This document shows, piece after piece, positions 41,309-51,814 of a DNA stretch of 64,000 nucleotides. Source of the stretch: an uncultured Clostridium sp. (GTDB lineage Bacteria; Bacillota; Clostridia; Ch29); the NCBI GenBank assembly GCA_964625335.1, contig CAZVBE010000009.1, forward strand, positions 13,494 to 77,493, read 5' to 3'. The number at the start of each line of letters is the position of its first letter. The stretch's first letter is position 1. The notes below the pieces were generated by a model. That model saw nothing but the letters and a program-made list of their open reading frames with translations. It had not been told where the DNA came from and searched no databases. The translations under genes were made by a program, and so were the position numbers.

Positions 41309-42419
41309 CTACACAGTATCTTTTTGAGCCCTTAGATAAGCAAATATAAACCCGTCAAGGTCACCGTCCATAACCCTGTTTACATTTCCCATCTCTGCAT
41401 TGGTTCTGTGATCCTTTACCATACTGTAGGGATGAAAAACATAGGACCTTATCTGGCTGCCCCAGGCAATCTGGTTGTATTCGCCCTGCAGGTCCTCAAT
41501 TTTCTCCTTATGCTCCTGCTCCTTCAGTTCTATAAGCTTTGATTTAAGCATCCTCATAGCGGTTTCCCGGTTGCTGTGCTGGGACCTCTCATTCTGGCAC
41601 TGCACAACTATTCCGGTGGGTATATGGGTTATCCTTATGGCGGAGTCGGTCTTGTTTACATGCTGCCCTCCGGCACCGCTGGATCTGTAGGTGTCAACCC
41701 TTAAGTCATCAGGATTTATATTTACTTCCACATCGTCGTCAAGCTCGGGCATTACATCCAGCGAAGCAAAGGAAGTATGCCTTCTGCCTGAAGCATCGAA
41801 GGGAGAAATCCTCACAAGCCGGTGAACGCCCTTCTCCGCCTTCAGGTATCCGTAAGCATTTTCACCCTCCACCAATAATGTGGCGCTCTTAATGCCCCCC
41901 TCGTCGTCCGCCAGCAGGTCGAGTACCTTAACCTTGTAGCCTTTGTTTTCGGCCCAGCGGGTATACATGCGCATCAGCATCTCGGCCCAGTCCTGGGCTT
42001 CCAGGCCTCCCGCCCCCGAATGCAGGGACAGTATTGCATTTTTGCTGTCGTACTTTCCATCCAGAAGAGTTTCTATTTTGAGCTGCTCCAGATGCTCAAC
42101 AAACCTGACGAAGTTGTCGTGTATTTCAGTTGCCAGCGAAGTATCATTCTCCTCCAGCGAAAGCTCAAGCAGCAGCTTAAGATCGTTAAACTCCTCCGAT
42201 ATGGAATTAAATTTATCTATCCTGGCTTTCAACGACTTTAACCGTACAATAACGGCTGAAGTCTTTTGGTTATCGTTCCAGAAGTCGGGTTCCGCCATCT
42301 CGGCCTCCAGTTGGGCCATTCGATGGATAGAGGCATCCACGTCAAAGGGAGACCCTCATTTCCTCAATTTTCTTCTCTAGCTCATCCAACTGCTGACCGT
42401 ACTGTTCCAATTCCAACAC
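41309..42419 (-). CDS. prfB: Peptide chain release factor 2, with a programmed +1 ribosomal frameshift
   Basis: The frame-0 ORF starts at GTG 42419 and reads MLELEQYGQQLDELEKKIEEMRVSL, ending at CTT TGA C (TGA at 42342-42344). A +1 shift continues DVDASIHRMAQLEAEM...SPQ...GGQHVN (343 codons, to 41309). Confidence 0.93.
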
Positions 42420-42433
42420 CTTTGTATCACTCC

Positions 42434-44935
42434 TTATCTTCCGCAGCACTTTTTATATTTTTTGCCGCTGCCACAGGGGCAGGGGTCGTTTCGCCCCACC
42501 TTTTTTCCCTCTTTTTTGATCGGCTTGTTCTCTTTTTCTCCGTGGCTGGCCTCCATCGGCCTGGCTACCCTCTCCCTCACCGGTGCTTGCTCCACCTGGA
42601 CCCGATACAGGTATTTTACCGTATCTTCCTTTATCGAATCTATCATTTCCCGGAACATATCGTAACCTTCCTTCTGATATGCCCTCACCGGATCCTCCTG
42701 GCCATAGGCCCTTAAACCTATACCCTGTCTTAACTGGTCCATGTTGTCTATGTTTTCCATCCACTTCATGTCGACAACCCTAAGGAGTATAACCCTCTCA
42801 AGTTCTCTCATCTGCTCGCTGCCTATTTTCTCTTCCTTGTCATTATATACCCTAAGGGCAATTTCCATAAGCATACCTTTTAACCCATCCCGGGTCAGGT
42901 CTTCCGGGTTGTCCGTTTTCAAACCGCCTGCGGTCAGGAAAAGCTTCCGTGCGTTGTCCTGCAGGCCCTTCAGATCCCATTCCTCAGGATACTGGCTGTT
43001 GGAAGTATATATATCCAGCATTGTATCTATTGTGTTTTCTATCATTTCCAAAATCTGTCCCCTGAGGCTTTCTCCCTCCAGCACCTGTCTTCTCTGGGCA
43101 TATATTACTTCTCTCTGCTTGTTCATAACATCGTCGTATTGCAGCACGTGCTTCCTTATATCAAAGTTACGGGCTTCAACCTTTTTCTGGGCATTTTCTA
43201 TTGATTTACTAAGGATAGAGTGCTCAATGGGCTGCGAATCATCAAAGCCCAGCCTGTCTATCATGCCCATTATCTTTTCGGAACCAAACAGCCTCATCAG
43301 TTCATCTTCCATGGAAATATAGAACTGCGAAGACCCCTGGTCCCCCTGCCTGCCCGACCGGCCCCTCAGCTGGTTGTCTATCCTCCTGCTCTCATGACGT
43401 TCAGTGCCTATTACGTGGAGCCCGCCAAACTTCTTCACTCCTTCGCCTAGGACTATGTCGGTACCTCTGCCCGCCATATTGGTGGAAATCGTCACGGTAC
43501 CCCGTTGCCCCGCCTGCGCAATAACCTGTGCTTCCTTCTCGTGGTATTTGGCGTTTAGTACCTGATGCGTTATTCCCCTTCTTTCAAGCATTTTGCTGAG
43601 CAGTTCGGAATTTTCGATGCTGATGGTACCCACAAGTATAGGCTGTCCCATTGAGTGCCTTTGTATAATATCCTCCACCACTGCCCTGAACTTGCCCTCG
43701 GTGGACCTGTAAACCACATCCGGCATATCATCCCTTACCATAGGCATGTTGGTGGGTATTTCCACAACATCCATACCGTATATGGCTCTGAATTCTTCCT
43801 CTTCGGTTGCGGCTGTACCGGTCATTCCGGCCAGCTTGTTATACATCCTGAAGTAGTTCTGAAAGGTTATGGTGGCCAATGTTTTAGATTCTCTTTCCAC
43901 CTTAACCCTTTCCTTGGCTTCTATAGCCTGGTGCAGTCCGTCGCTGTAACGCCGCCCCAGCATAAGCCTTCCGGTAAACTCGTCAACAATTATTACCTGG
44001 TTATCCTTTACCACATAATCTATATCACGGTTCATAAGCCTGTGGGCTTTCAGCGCCTGGTTTATATGATGGGAAATTTCCATATTTTCAGGGTCGGCCA
44101 GGTTCTCAAGGTTGAAATACTGCTCGGCTTTTCTGACGCCGTCCTCGGTTAGCGTGACGGTGCTCGCCTTCTCATCCACAGTAAAATGTTCCTCCGTCCT
44201 TAAACCCCTGACAAAACCGTCCACCACCGAATAAAGCTTTGTGGATTTTTCGCCTGCACCCGAAATAATCAGAGGCGTCCTGGCCTCATCTATCAGTATG
44301 CTGTCAACCTCGTCTATGATTGCATAGTTTAATTCCCTTTGTACCATCTGATCCTTGTATATAACCATATTGTCCCTCAGATAGTCAAAGCCAAACTCGT
44401 TATTTGTGCCATAGGTAATATCCGCGTTATAGGCTTTCTTGCGCTGTTCGAAATCAAGGCCGTGTACTATAAGCCCTACCTCCAGCCCCAGGAATTTGTA
44501 CACCTCTCCCATCCACTGGCTGTCCCTTGTGGCAAGATAGTCGTTCACGGTGACAATATGCACGCCCTTTCCGGTAAGGGCATTCAAATAGGCAGGCATC
44601 GTGGCAACCAGGGTTTTCCCTTCACCGGTTTTCATCTCGGATATCCTGCCCTGGTGCAGTACAATTCCTCCCATAAGCTGTACCGGGAAATGTCTCATTT
44701 TTAGTACCCTCGCCGATGCTTCCCTTACCACCGCAAAAGCCTCGGCCAAAAGACCGTCGGGTGTCTCTCCCTGCCCAAGCCTTTCCTTGAACTCATTGGT
44801 TTTTTGCTGCAGCTGGCTGTCTGTCAGCCCTTTCATATCATTTTCCAGCGACTCTATTGCCTCTATCGTTCTGCTCAGCTTCTTTATCTCCCGCTCGTTG
44901 GCATCGCCGAATAGTTTTGACCAAAAATTAGCCAT
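42434..44935 (-). CDS. secA: Preprotein translocase ATPase SecA
   Basis: 833-aa [23 protein letters not shown]... with DEAD motor motifs and a C-terminal zinc-binding [14 protein letters not shown]. It lies 14 nt upstream of prfB. Confidence 0.97.
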   Translation of the reverse strand: MANFWSKLFGDANEREIKKLSRTIEAIESLENDMKGLTDSQLQQKTNEFKERLGQGETPDGLLAEAFAVVREASARVLKMRHFPVQLMGGIVLHQGRISEMKTGEGKTLVATMPAYLNALTGKGVHIVTVNDYLATRDSQWMGEVYKFLGLEVGLIVHGLDFEQRKKAYNADITYGTNNEFGFDYLRDNMVIYKDQMVQRELNYAIIDEVDSILIDEARTPLIISGAGEKSTKLYSVVDGFVRGLRTEEHFTVDEKASTVTLTEDGVRKAEQYFNLENLADPENMEISHHINQALKAHRLMNRDIDYVVKDNQVIIVDEFTGRLMLGRRYSDGLHQAIEAKERVKVERESKTLATITFQNYFRMYNKLAGMTGTAATEEEEFRAIYGMDVVEIPTNMPMVRDDMPDVVYRSTEGKFRAVVEDIIQRHSMGQPILVGTISIENSELLSKMLERRGITHQVLNAKYHEKEAQVIAQAGQRGTVTISTNMAGRGTDIVLGEGVKKFGGLHVIGTERHESRRIDNQLRGRSGRQGDQGSSQFYISMEDELMRLFGSEKIMGMIDRLGFDDSQPIEHSILSKSIENAQKKVEARNFDIRKHVLQYDDVMNKQREVIYAQRRQVLEGESLRGQILEMIENTIDTMLDIYTSNSQYPEEWDLKGLQDNARKLFLTAGGLKTDNPEDLTRDGLKGMLMEIALRVYNDKEEKIGSEQMRELERVILLRVVDMKWMENIDNMDQLRQGIGLRAYGQEDPVRAYQKEGYDMFREMIDSIKEDTVKYLYRVQVEQAPVRERVARPMEASHGEKENKPIKKEGKKVGRNDPCPCGSGKKYKKCCGR

Positions 44936-45030
44936 ACGTCTACACCTCGTCTCTAATTCAAACTAAATTTTATCATGAATTAAATCATTACGCAATTCAA
45001 TGAAATTTAAAACACCCCCTGCCGGAGGTG

Positions 45031-45627
45031 TTAAATTCTGCTCTTATACTTGAACCTGATCATGCGGCTCTGCCTCATATTCTTTTCCTTCAGCATCGCT
45101 TTTTGAATGAACAGGAATATCCCCAGAGAGATTATTGTATCCCCTAAGCTTAGTACCTTTGGCAGTGGGTATGTCGCAGGAAGCACAATTATATCCGCCA
45201 GAAAAGAAAGCTTTGTTAAGGGAGTAAGGGGCTGATGTGTGAATAAGCTTCCGGTGGATATCATCCGGGCGTAGCTGCCAAGCCCTGCATTATTCAGACC
45301 GTCAATGGATACCGGCATAGCTCCCCCGTTAATGAATACTACCAAAAAATTCAAAAATGAACCGAGAAAAACAAGTCCCATTGCCCGGTGCTCCCTGTTG
45401 GAAATAATCCCTGCAAAAAGCACAAGATAGCTTACTATATGAAGATACATACTGTATTGGGCTACCAGATCCATGCCGGCAGACACTGCAAACAGAGTTC
45501 CGAATTCAAGAACAAAGGCCAGTATAAATAACCATGCATTGCGAATAGATATCAGGCCCAGCCCCCTGAATTTCCCTCCCCGTATTTTGCCCACTATCAG
45601 CGATAATATAAGACCCTCAATCAACAC
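45031..45627 (-). CDS. Hypothetical polytopic membrane protein
   Basis: 198-aa hydrophobic ORF. The start is uncertain (GTG/TTG with a weak SD). Confidence 0.5.
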   Translation of the reverse strand: MLIEGLILSLIVGKIRGGKFRGLGLISIRNAWLFILAFVLEFGTLFAVSAGMDLVAQYSMYLHIVSYLVLFAGIISNREHRAMGLVFLGSFLNFLVVFINGGAMPVSIDGLNNAGLGSYARMISTGSLFTHQPLTPLTKLSFLADIIVLPATYPLPKVLSLGDTIISLGIFLFIQKAMLKEKNMRQSRMIRFKYKSRI

Positions 45628-45696
45628 CTTTAAACAACCCCTTATTGAAAATATTATATATTTATACTCATAAAACCGACACAGAGTGAGTAATTA

Positions 45697-46338
45697 TTAG
45701 CCAAACAGAGTGACAATTTTTCTGTTCACCGCATCCAGGGTCGCTTTTGCCACCGCTTCCTTTATGTCACCGGTATTTATCGCAGCACCGATAAGGAGCT
45801 GCTCCCCGAACTTGTCCAGATATGTAACTGCAACATTAATCACACTGATATTTGCAATGTTAAGGCTTCCCACATCCTCAACAACAAACATATCCTCCGA
45901 GTTCACGGCATCCGATACAGCCCTCAGTGCAGCCTCGGCTATGGTCCTGTTTATACTGCTGGTGGTATTGACGCCTTTATGGTATCCTACAAAAACTTCA
46001 TCCCTGTGGGAAAGCGTTATTTTAACTTCAAAATTCAAATCCTTCCGGGCTACCTCCATCCCTTCATATTTAAAACGCAATTGTTCATTGTCTGTTTTGT
46101 CGCTGTCCAGCTGGGCAATGCTTATAACCCTGTGGTCAATGTCCATTGCAAACGAAGCCGATACAGCCGACTGTACATCCCTTGCCAATTGTTTGACGTT
46201 TTTTAATTTGTTGGCAAGACAATGTATTTCTGTGACATTACCTTTATCATCAAGTCTGACCCTGGACGAGATAACCCCCTCCACAGCGTTAATTAGCTTC
46301 TGTAGCGAATTCTCCGATACTACACGCTTATCGCTCAT
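45697..46338 (-). CDS. Asp23/Gls24-family (DUF322-like) protein
   Basis: The start is placed at the ATG at 46338, with an AGAGAGGA SD. VTEIHCLANKLKNVKQLARDVQSAVSASFAMDID fits the Asp23 core. Confidence 0.55.
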   Translation of the reverse strand: MSDKRVVSENSLQKLINAVEGVISSRVRLDDKGNVTEIHCLANKLKNVKQLARDVQSAVSASFAMDIDHRVISIAQLDSDKTDNEQLRFKYEGMEVARKDLNFEVKITLSHRDEVFVGYHKGVNTTSSINRTIAEAALRAVSDAVNSEDMFVVEDVGSLNIANISVINVAVTYLDKFGEQLLIGAAINTGDIKEAVAKATLDAVNRKIVTLFG

Positions 46339-46554
46339 ATTGTTTTCCTCTCTTTGTAGATTTACCCCGTGCAGTTTCAACAGAGCTGCCGGGCTGTTAC
46401 CGTCGCAGCTGTACGTCATCCGACACACCAATTTTAAAACCGATACTTATTATTTCTACTATTAATGTGAAATTCCTTTTTTTTACCACAATAATAGGCT
46501 GCCGGTTTCAAACCTGCAGCCTATTGCTCCTAGTGTTGGTATTGTTGCTTTATG

Positions 46555-47082
46555 TTAAAATATTGGTTCTATTAACCCGTAATTACCATCCTTTCTTCTA
46601 TATACTACATTGACCTCATCGGTATCGCCGTTTGAAAAAACAAAGAAACTGTGCCCCAAAAGCTCCATCTGCAGTATTGCCTCCTCAACGGGCATCGGCT
46701 TCATTGCAAATCTTTTGGTTTTTACCACCCTGGGCCTTTCCACATCTTCCCTTCCATCCGCTTCTATGTTCTCAAAAATCAGTCTGCTTCCCCTAAACCT
46801 TCTTTCAAGTTTGGTTTTATGTTTGTTAATCTGACGTTCCAGCTTATCTACAGCCTTGTCAATGGATGTATACATATCTTCGGTGCACTCCTCGGCCCTG
46901 ATAAGTACACCGTCAAAGGGAATGGTGACCTCGATTATATGCCGGCTTTTTTCAACGTTCAGCGTAACCTGAGCCTCTGTGTCTTTCTGAAAATACTTGT
47001 TCAGTTTGCCTATCTTTCTCTCAATTGTGTCCCTCAAAGCATCGGTTACTTCCATATTCTTCCCGCTAGTAATGATACGCAT
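46555..47082 (-). CDS. hpf: Ribosome hibernation promoting factor, long form
   Basis: 175-aa ORF MRIITSGKNMEVTDALRDTIERKIGKLNKYF... with a C-terminal dimerisation domain. A GGAGAGGAG SD is present. Confidence 0.93.
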   Translation of the reverse strand: MRIITSGKNMEVTDALRDTIERKIGKLNKYFQKDTEAQVTLNVEKSRHIIEVTIPFDGVLIRAEECTEDMYTSIDKAVDKLERQINKHKTKLERRFRGSRLIFENIEADGREDVERPRVVKTKRFAMKPMPVEEAILQMELLGHSFFVFSNGDTDEVNVVYRRKDGNYGLIEPIF

Positions 47083-47234
47083 AAAATCCAGCTCCTCTCC
47101 ATTCTTATAATGTCTTTTTAGAAGATTCCTGTCAGATCATTGTGTCATTATTTATTTATACTGCGGTATTATATATATTATAATCTATTATTTTATTAAT
47201 ATCCAACAGATGGTAAGCTAAACATTTTTCATGT

Positions 47235-47263
47235 AAAGATAAAATTCACGAATTTTTATCTTT
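47235..47263. promoter_or_regulatory. AT-rich perfect 10-bp inverted repeat AAAGATAAAA-N9-TTTTATCTTT in the hpf upstream region
   Basis: Seen directly in the sequence. It is a candidate operator, and the cognate regulator is unknown. Confidence 0.35.
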
Positions 47264-47297
47264 AAGTGAAGTTTTTTGAGAGCGGTATAATATCCTC

Positions 47298-47395
47298 TGT
47301 GGAAACAAAACATGTGGATAAAGTGGATAAGTCTGTTAATAACCCATAGTTCTGTATTAAATGATGTGTATAACTAATGCCGCAAATGTGGATAT
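47298..47395. promoter_or_regulatory. DnaA-box-like sites upstream of hpf
   Basis: One perfect TGTGGATAA (47314-47322) and three 1-2-mismatch boxes (47298, 47322, 47387), all in the same orientation. Confidence 0.35.
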
Positions 47396-47526
47396 ATTTT
47401 TGTCGAATAATAGCCATTCTCATTACTTTAATGTCTACTTTAACACTTAAATGTAGAATTTTCGGATAAAAAAATTTACAAAAAAACAATACTCCAGACT
47501 CTGTCCTGGAGTTAAAAAATATTAGC

Positions 47527-47748
47527 AAAGTTTATCCGGCTGACCTGGTCTTTGACCCCACACTCGCCTGCTGCAGGTCTCGCTCCGGTTTTTATACCTT
47601 CACTACCCCCCGTCTCTGCTGAAGTTTAATAAAGCAGGCAGGACTTACACCTAAACCGCACCATGCTCACCGGCATTTTTGCCGGCTTACGTGGGTCGCT
47701 TCGCCTGCGATTGGCATCGACTTTCAACCACAGACCCGGATAAACTTT
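47527..47748. other. 222-bp GC-rich element bounded by a perfect 13-bp inverted repeat AAAGTTTATCCGG / CCGGATAAACTTT
   Basis: The terminal inverted repeat is perfect. The interior includes the hairpin ccggca-tttt-tgccgg. It is embedded in AT-rich intergenic DNA between hpf and the flagellar genes. Confidence 0.5.
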
Positions 47749-47797
47749 ATTTTATTATAACATATTCGAGTACCAATGAACACATTCCGCCGCCATA

Positions 47798-47832
47798 ATG
47801 TAAAATGGGACAAAGAAAAATCCCTTGTCCCA
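47798..47832 (-). terminator. Rho-independent terminator of the flagellar gene string
   Basis: tgggacaa-agaaaaatccc-ttgtccca, followed on the minus strand by UUUUACAUUAU. It lies 14 nt after the stop of the 47846 gene. Confidence 0.75.
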
Positions 47833-47845
47833 CATTTTGTACCGT

Positions 47846-48319
47846 TTATTTCTTTTTGTCTATGAAGCTTCCGGATGCAGAACTGACGCCGCCATCATAC
47901 AGGGCTACGCTTTTTTGTCCCTGTCTTACCCTCTTTAGTTTTTCCTTAACCTGTTCCATCGCCATAACTAGTTTTTCGTGATTATCCTTTTCCAGAAGCT
48001 GTATGCTTTCAATTGTCTCCACTATTTTGGCGATAATGCCCACAAGGGTTTTTCCCTCTTTACCGTCGTCAATTTCACCGATATCCTTAAGCGTCTTTAC
48101 CCCGAACCGCTCTTTTAGTTTTTGCAGCTCATCCTGGAAGGCATCATCACACCAGTCTATGTAGTCGATAACCTTCTGCTTCTCCTCAACAATGGGAGCA
48201 AGCACCGCAAGGTCGTGGCTGTCAATGGCGGCTTTTTGCCGTTTGGTAAACTGTTCGATCTGTTTTAGTTTATCCAGCTTTTCCTCACTGTATCTTACCA
48301 GTTTTGTAAGCTCGGCCAT
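47846..48319 (-). CDS. FlgN/FliT-like flagellar export chaperone
   Basis: 157-aa helical protein in the fliT position (after fliD-fliS). The C-terminus is ...GSFIDKKK. Confidence 0.55.
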   Translation of the reverse strand: MAELTKLVRYSEEKLDKLKQIEQFTKRQKAAIDSHDLAVLAPIVEEKQKVIDYIDWCDDAFQDELQKLKERFGVKTLKDIGEIDDGKEGKTLVGIIAKIVETIESIQLLEKDNHEKLVMAMEQVKEKLKRVRQGQKSVALYDGGVSSASGSFIDKKK

Positions 48320-48332
48320 CCCCTATATCCCC

Positions 48333-48722
48333 CTATTTCCCGTATTTTATCTGTCTGACGCTTACCAGCGCACCTTCCCATGCCTCCCTGAGCCCCTTTA
48401 CTATACCTAAGGCTCCCTGGAGCTTTGAACACTCCTTTTCAACATTACCCTCCCTGATACTGACAAGAACAAAGTCATAAAGCATATACAACTGATGGGA
48501 TATGTCCATGTCCATGTCCAATGAAAGCATCAGCTCGTTAACTATATCCTGGGCTTTAAGTAATACTTCGTTAGCCCTTTCATAATTCCTTTGCTCAACA
48601 TACAAAAGCCCCTGCTTGATAAATTTTTCCAGGCCCTTATACATTAGCACTACCAGCTCTTCGGGGCCGGCAGTGGTTATTGAGTTTTCCTTATAGCTCA
48701 TGTACGAATTTGGAATCGCCAT
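48333..48722 (-). CDS. fliS: Flagellin-specific chaperone FliS
   Basis: 129-aa ORF ...YKENSITTAGPEELVVLMYKGL..., which carries the FliS signature. Confidence 0.92.
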   Translation of the reverse strand: MAIPNSYMSYKENSITTAGPEELVVLMYKGLEKFIKQGLLYVEQRNYERANEVLLKAQDIVNELMLSLDMDMDISHQLYMLYDFVLVSIREGNVEKECSKLQGALGIVKGLREAWEGALVSVRQIKYGK

Positions 48723-48741
48723 AAAGCTCCCCCCCTGTCAA

Positions 48742-50580
48742 TCAATTACCCCAGAACGCAAGCTGCTGTGACAGCCACATACTCTGAGTATTCATTTGAT
48801 CCAACGCCTTCTCCATTGCAGTGAACTGCCGCCAATGCCTGTCCTCAACCTTTAAGAGATAGGCTTCCATGCTTTCTATACGCTTGTCCATGTCCCTTAT
48901 TCTTTCGCCGAGATAGCTGTTGTCATAAGTTGTGAAGTTAGCGGCGCTGCCGGCCTTTTCGGATAACCGCGTAATACTGCTGTTCACTGAATCGTACAGC
49001 CTGACGGCTATCCCCTTTTCACCTTCCGCCTCACCGCTGCTGTTAAACAAGCTCATAACGCCCTCCATGTCATTATTAAGGGCTTCAATCAGCTTCCCTT
49101 CGTCTATGGTGAGCCTGCCCATATCCTTATAATTCTTGGTACCTATGCCTATTGCACTTAGCGTGTTATAGGCCGAACCGGTTTCCTTTACATCCTGGTA
49201 CATAAGCTCTCTCATGCCCGATACGATAGAATTTAAAACGGGATCGTTCCTTAGAAGGCCGCTCCTGGCTTTTTCTTCCCACAGCTCCACTTCCCTGTCG
49301 CTCATGGCATCCTTTTGCTCGTCGGTAAGCGGCACATAATCCCTGAGCCTTTCCTCGTACAGCTTGTCGTTTATGGCATCTATTATTTTATTGTATTCCT
49401 CCACAAAGTTTTTTACGGCATCAACGGCTCCCTGGGTATCTTTTTGTACATTCATCGTTATTGTATCCGACGTAGTCGACTTCAAGTCATAGCTTATACC
49501 GTCTATTGTAAACTTGTTGCTGCTTTTGGTTATAACTACATCATTTAATACAATTTGGGAGTTCTCACCGTAGCTTACATTCTCTTCTATCTGCAGCGCG
49601 CCCCCGGAGCCAAACAGGCTGCCCTTTGTATTCTCTATCGAAACCCTGGCGCCTGCACCGTAATCCTTCGACTTTATTATGATTTTATCGGTTATCGAAT
49701 CGTAGTATGCCTGCACCCCGGCATTGGAATTTTTGTTAATATCGCTGATAATACCGGACATGGTCTTTTCAGAGTCTTCGCCGTCAAAATCATAATAAAA
49801 CACCTGTCCGTTTATGCTGAATTCTATTTCCCCGCTTTCTCCGTCAAAGGGACTGTATTTAAACTTTTCCGCCATATCCTTAACGGAAGCATTAATATTG
49901 ACTCTAAAGGAAGCACCGTCATTAAAGCCTAATATCCCGAGGGCGTCGTTTTCACCGCTTTTTAATGTTATCTGCGGCTTGTATTCCCCCGCCGGTTGGA
50001 AGGTTAGCCTGTTCATGCCGGTACCATCGGTGATACTTCCGACGGTTATCTGACCCGGTCCAAACGAAGCATCGGCCTGACTTTGGAGTTCCGCTGCCAA
50101 AGCTTCAACGGTATAGTCGCCTTCCTCAATCGTTATGTTCCTTTCCACCCCGTCAAGGTTAATCCTGAACTCATTATTCTCCGCACCGACGGATATTGTA
50201 TCGCTTATATAATCGCTCTCCAGAGCCTTTGAAATGCTGCCGCCGCTTTGGGTTGACGCCTGTGCTGCCAGGTTTTCTACCCTTAGGGTGTAGCTGCCTT
50301 CCCGGGCCGCTGCTCCAACGGCTGCATCAACTGCAGAACCGTCGCTCACAGTAATACTGTTTTTCATGAGGGTGGATTGGAGCCTCATATCAAACACCGT
50401 ATTTCTGAAGCCTAACAGCAGGGAATTAATGCTTCTGAAGTCTTCCCGCTGCCACTGCAGCACCTGCTTGCTCCGGTAGAGTTTGTCGGCTTTCATCCTC
50501 TCCGCCCTCATCAAATCGGTGACAAGCTTGTCTATATCCATCCCGGAAGCCAGTCCGCCTATTCTGATCATATTGCTCAT
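48742..50580 (-). CDS. fliD: Flagellar filament cap protein FliD
   Basis: 612-aa ORF MSNMIRIGGLASGMDIDKLVTDLMRAERMK... with the N- and C-terminal FliD domains. Confidence 0.92.
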   Translation of the reverse strand: MSNMIRIGGLASGMDIDKLVTDLMRAERMKADKLYRSKQVLQWQREDFRSINSLLLGFRNTVFDMRLQSTLMKNSITVSDGSAVDAAVGAAAREGSYTLRVENLAAQASTQSGGSISKALESDYISDTISVGAENNEFRINLDGVERNITIEEGDYTVEALAAELQSQADASFGPGQITVGSITDGTGMNRLTFQPAGEYKPQITLKSGENDALGILGFNDGASFRVNINASVKDMAEKFKYSPFDGESGEIEFSINGQVFYYDFDGEDSEKTMSGIISDINKNSNAGVQAYYDSITDKIIIKSKDYGAGARVSIENTKGSLFGSGGALQIEENVSYGENSQIVLNDVVITKSSNKFTIDGISYDLKSTTSDTITMNVQKDTQGAVDAVKNFVEEYNKIIDAINDKLYEERLRDYVPLTDEQKDAMSDREVELWEEKARSGLLRNDPVLNSIVSGMRELMYQDVKETGSAYNTLSAIGIGTKNYKDMGRLTIDEGKLIEALNNDMEGVMSLFNSSGEAEGEKGIAVRLYDSVNSSITRLSEKAGSAANFTTYDNSYLGERIRDMDKRIESMEAYLLKVEDRHWRQFTAMEKALDQMNTQSMWLSQQLAFWGN

Positions 50581-50623
50581 ACAATTTCACCTCCTCAGCT
50601 ATACAGCATATCAACAGGAGACA

Positions 50624-50998
50624 TTAAATTTTCCTGTCCACCAAAAGTCCTGCCATCTCCCACATCATTGCCACCATATCAAGTATCTTTTCGGGAGGTA
50701 TTTCCCTGATGACTTCCTCTGTTTCGTCGTTTATAACCTTGACCATTATTTCCTTTGTACCTTCATGTATCGAGAATTCAAATCTCTTGTCCGCACCCTT
50801 CAAAGTTTGATTGGCATGTTCTATGGCTTCAATAAGGTGCTGCTCGCCGATAGACGCCAATTCCCGCTTTAAGTTCCTGTCCGCTCCTTCGTCTGCAATT
50901 TTGCTGTCCTTTATTTCTCTGGGCTTCCTATTCTCTCTTATATCAGCATCCGGAAGTCTTGTTGCAGGACGCACTGTGCTTACACTTTCTACTTTCAT
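50624..50998 (-). CDS. flaG: Flagellar protein FlaG
   Basis: 124 aa, ...FEFSIHEGTKEIMVKVINDETEEVIREIPPEKILDM... which is FlaG-like. Confidence 0.85.
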   Translation of the reverse strand: MKVESVSTVRPATRLPDADIRENRKPREIKDSKIADEGADRNLKRELASIGEQHLIEAIEHANQTLKGADKRFEFSIHEGTKEIMVKVINDETEEVIREIPPEKILDMVAMMWEMAGLLVDRKI

Positions 50999-51095
50999 GA
51001 CAACACCCCCTCAACTGTATACTGCCAAACCACCTTATATAATATATCGTCATACGGCGAGCCATACTTTAGCATCCTTCAGCCCTGCCCATGTC

Positions 51096-51659
51096 TCATT
51101 CATTCTCCCAGGCATCCAGTTTCTGCATGACCAGGTCATAGGTCCGCATTGATACATCTGGCAGCCCGCCCAGTATTTTTTCAGCTTCCCTGAAACCTTT
51201 TTCTATGGCACCCCTCAAAACGCCCATCTTACCTTTGTCACCGCCTGACAGCGCCTTTGCAAACTCCACTATACGGTCACTTACCTTTTCGGCGCTTAGC
51301 TCTCCTCCTTCAGCTATAAGGGCCCGGGCCTCTGTGCGCATCTCCCGGGTGACCGGTACCATAGCATCGTCGGTTCCCAGCGCCCGTTTGTATTTAGTTC
51401 CCTGTTCCTTAAGCAGCTGCTCCACAAGCTGCCTTAAATGGCTGTACGCCCTCTGGCTTTCTTCTTTGAGTTTCTCTATTTTTTTGGGGTCAACTCCCGG
51501 TAAAGGCTTTGTATAGGCAGCCTTCTTTACCTGTCTCCGGGCAGGTATGTATGCATCCTTAACGCCGGCAGCCGCTTTCTTTGCTCCATTGTTTTTTTCT
51601 CCGGGATATGGTTTTCCGGTATCACTTCTTATTATCGGATTAACCGGATTTATCTTCAT
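51096..51659 (-). CDS. Hypothetical protein in the flagellar cluster
   Basis: The start is placed at the ATG at 51659, with a GAGGGGAGG SD (MKINPVNPIIRSD...). It is lysine-rich and has no recognisable domain. Confidence 0.5.
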   Translation of the reverse strand: MKINPVNPIIRSDTGKPYPGEKNNGAKKAAAGVKDAYIPARRQVKKAAYTKPLPGVDPKKIEKLKEESQRAYSHLRQLVEQLLKEQGTKYKRALGTDDAMVPVTREMRTEARALIAEGGELSAEKVSDRIVEFAKALSGGDKGKMGVLRGAIEKGFREAEKILGGLPDVSMRTYDLVMQKLDAWENE

Positions 51660-51770
51660 AATTATTCCTCCCCTCAATAACATATCGTACTTGTCCACCA
51701 TCTATTTTAAGGTTAACCACAGCAACCTTCCCTAAAGCCGGCTGCTGCGGTTACTGAAGTAACGGTTTGA

Positions 51771-51794
51771 AAAAGCCGGCCTTCGGCCGGCTTT
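51771..51794. terminator. Rho-independent terminator of the flagellin gene
   Basis: aaaagccggcc-ttc-ggccggcttt followed by a T/A tract, 20 nt after the hag stop. Confidence 0.85.
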
Positions 51795-51814
51795 ATTAAG
51801 CATATCCTCAGATG

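Noticed and set aside
47527-47748. Identification of the terminal-inverted-repeat-bounded GC-rich element as 6S RNA, SRP RNA, RNase P RNA or tmRNA.
   Set aside because: None of the conserved motifs is present (GGAAGGAAGCAGC, AGGAAAGTCC, the tmRNA tag ORF or T-arm GGTTCGA). The two arms are not complementary as a 6S-like rod, and the length (222 nt) is wrong for RNase P. It is kept as an unclassified element.
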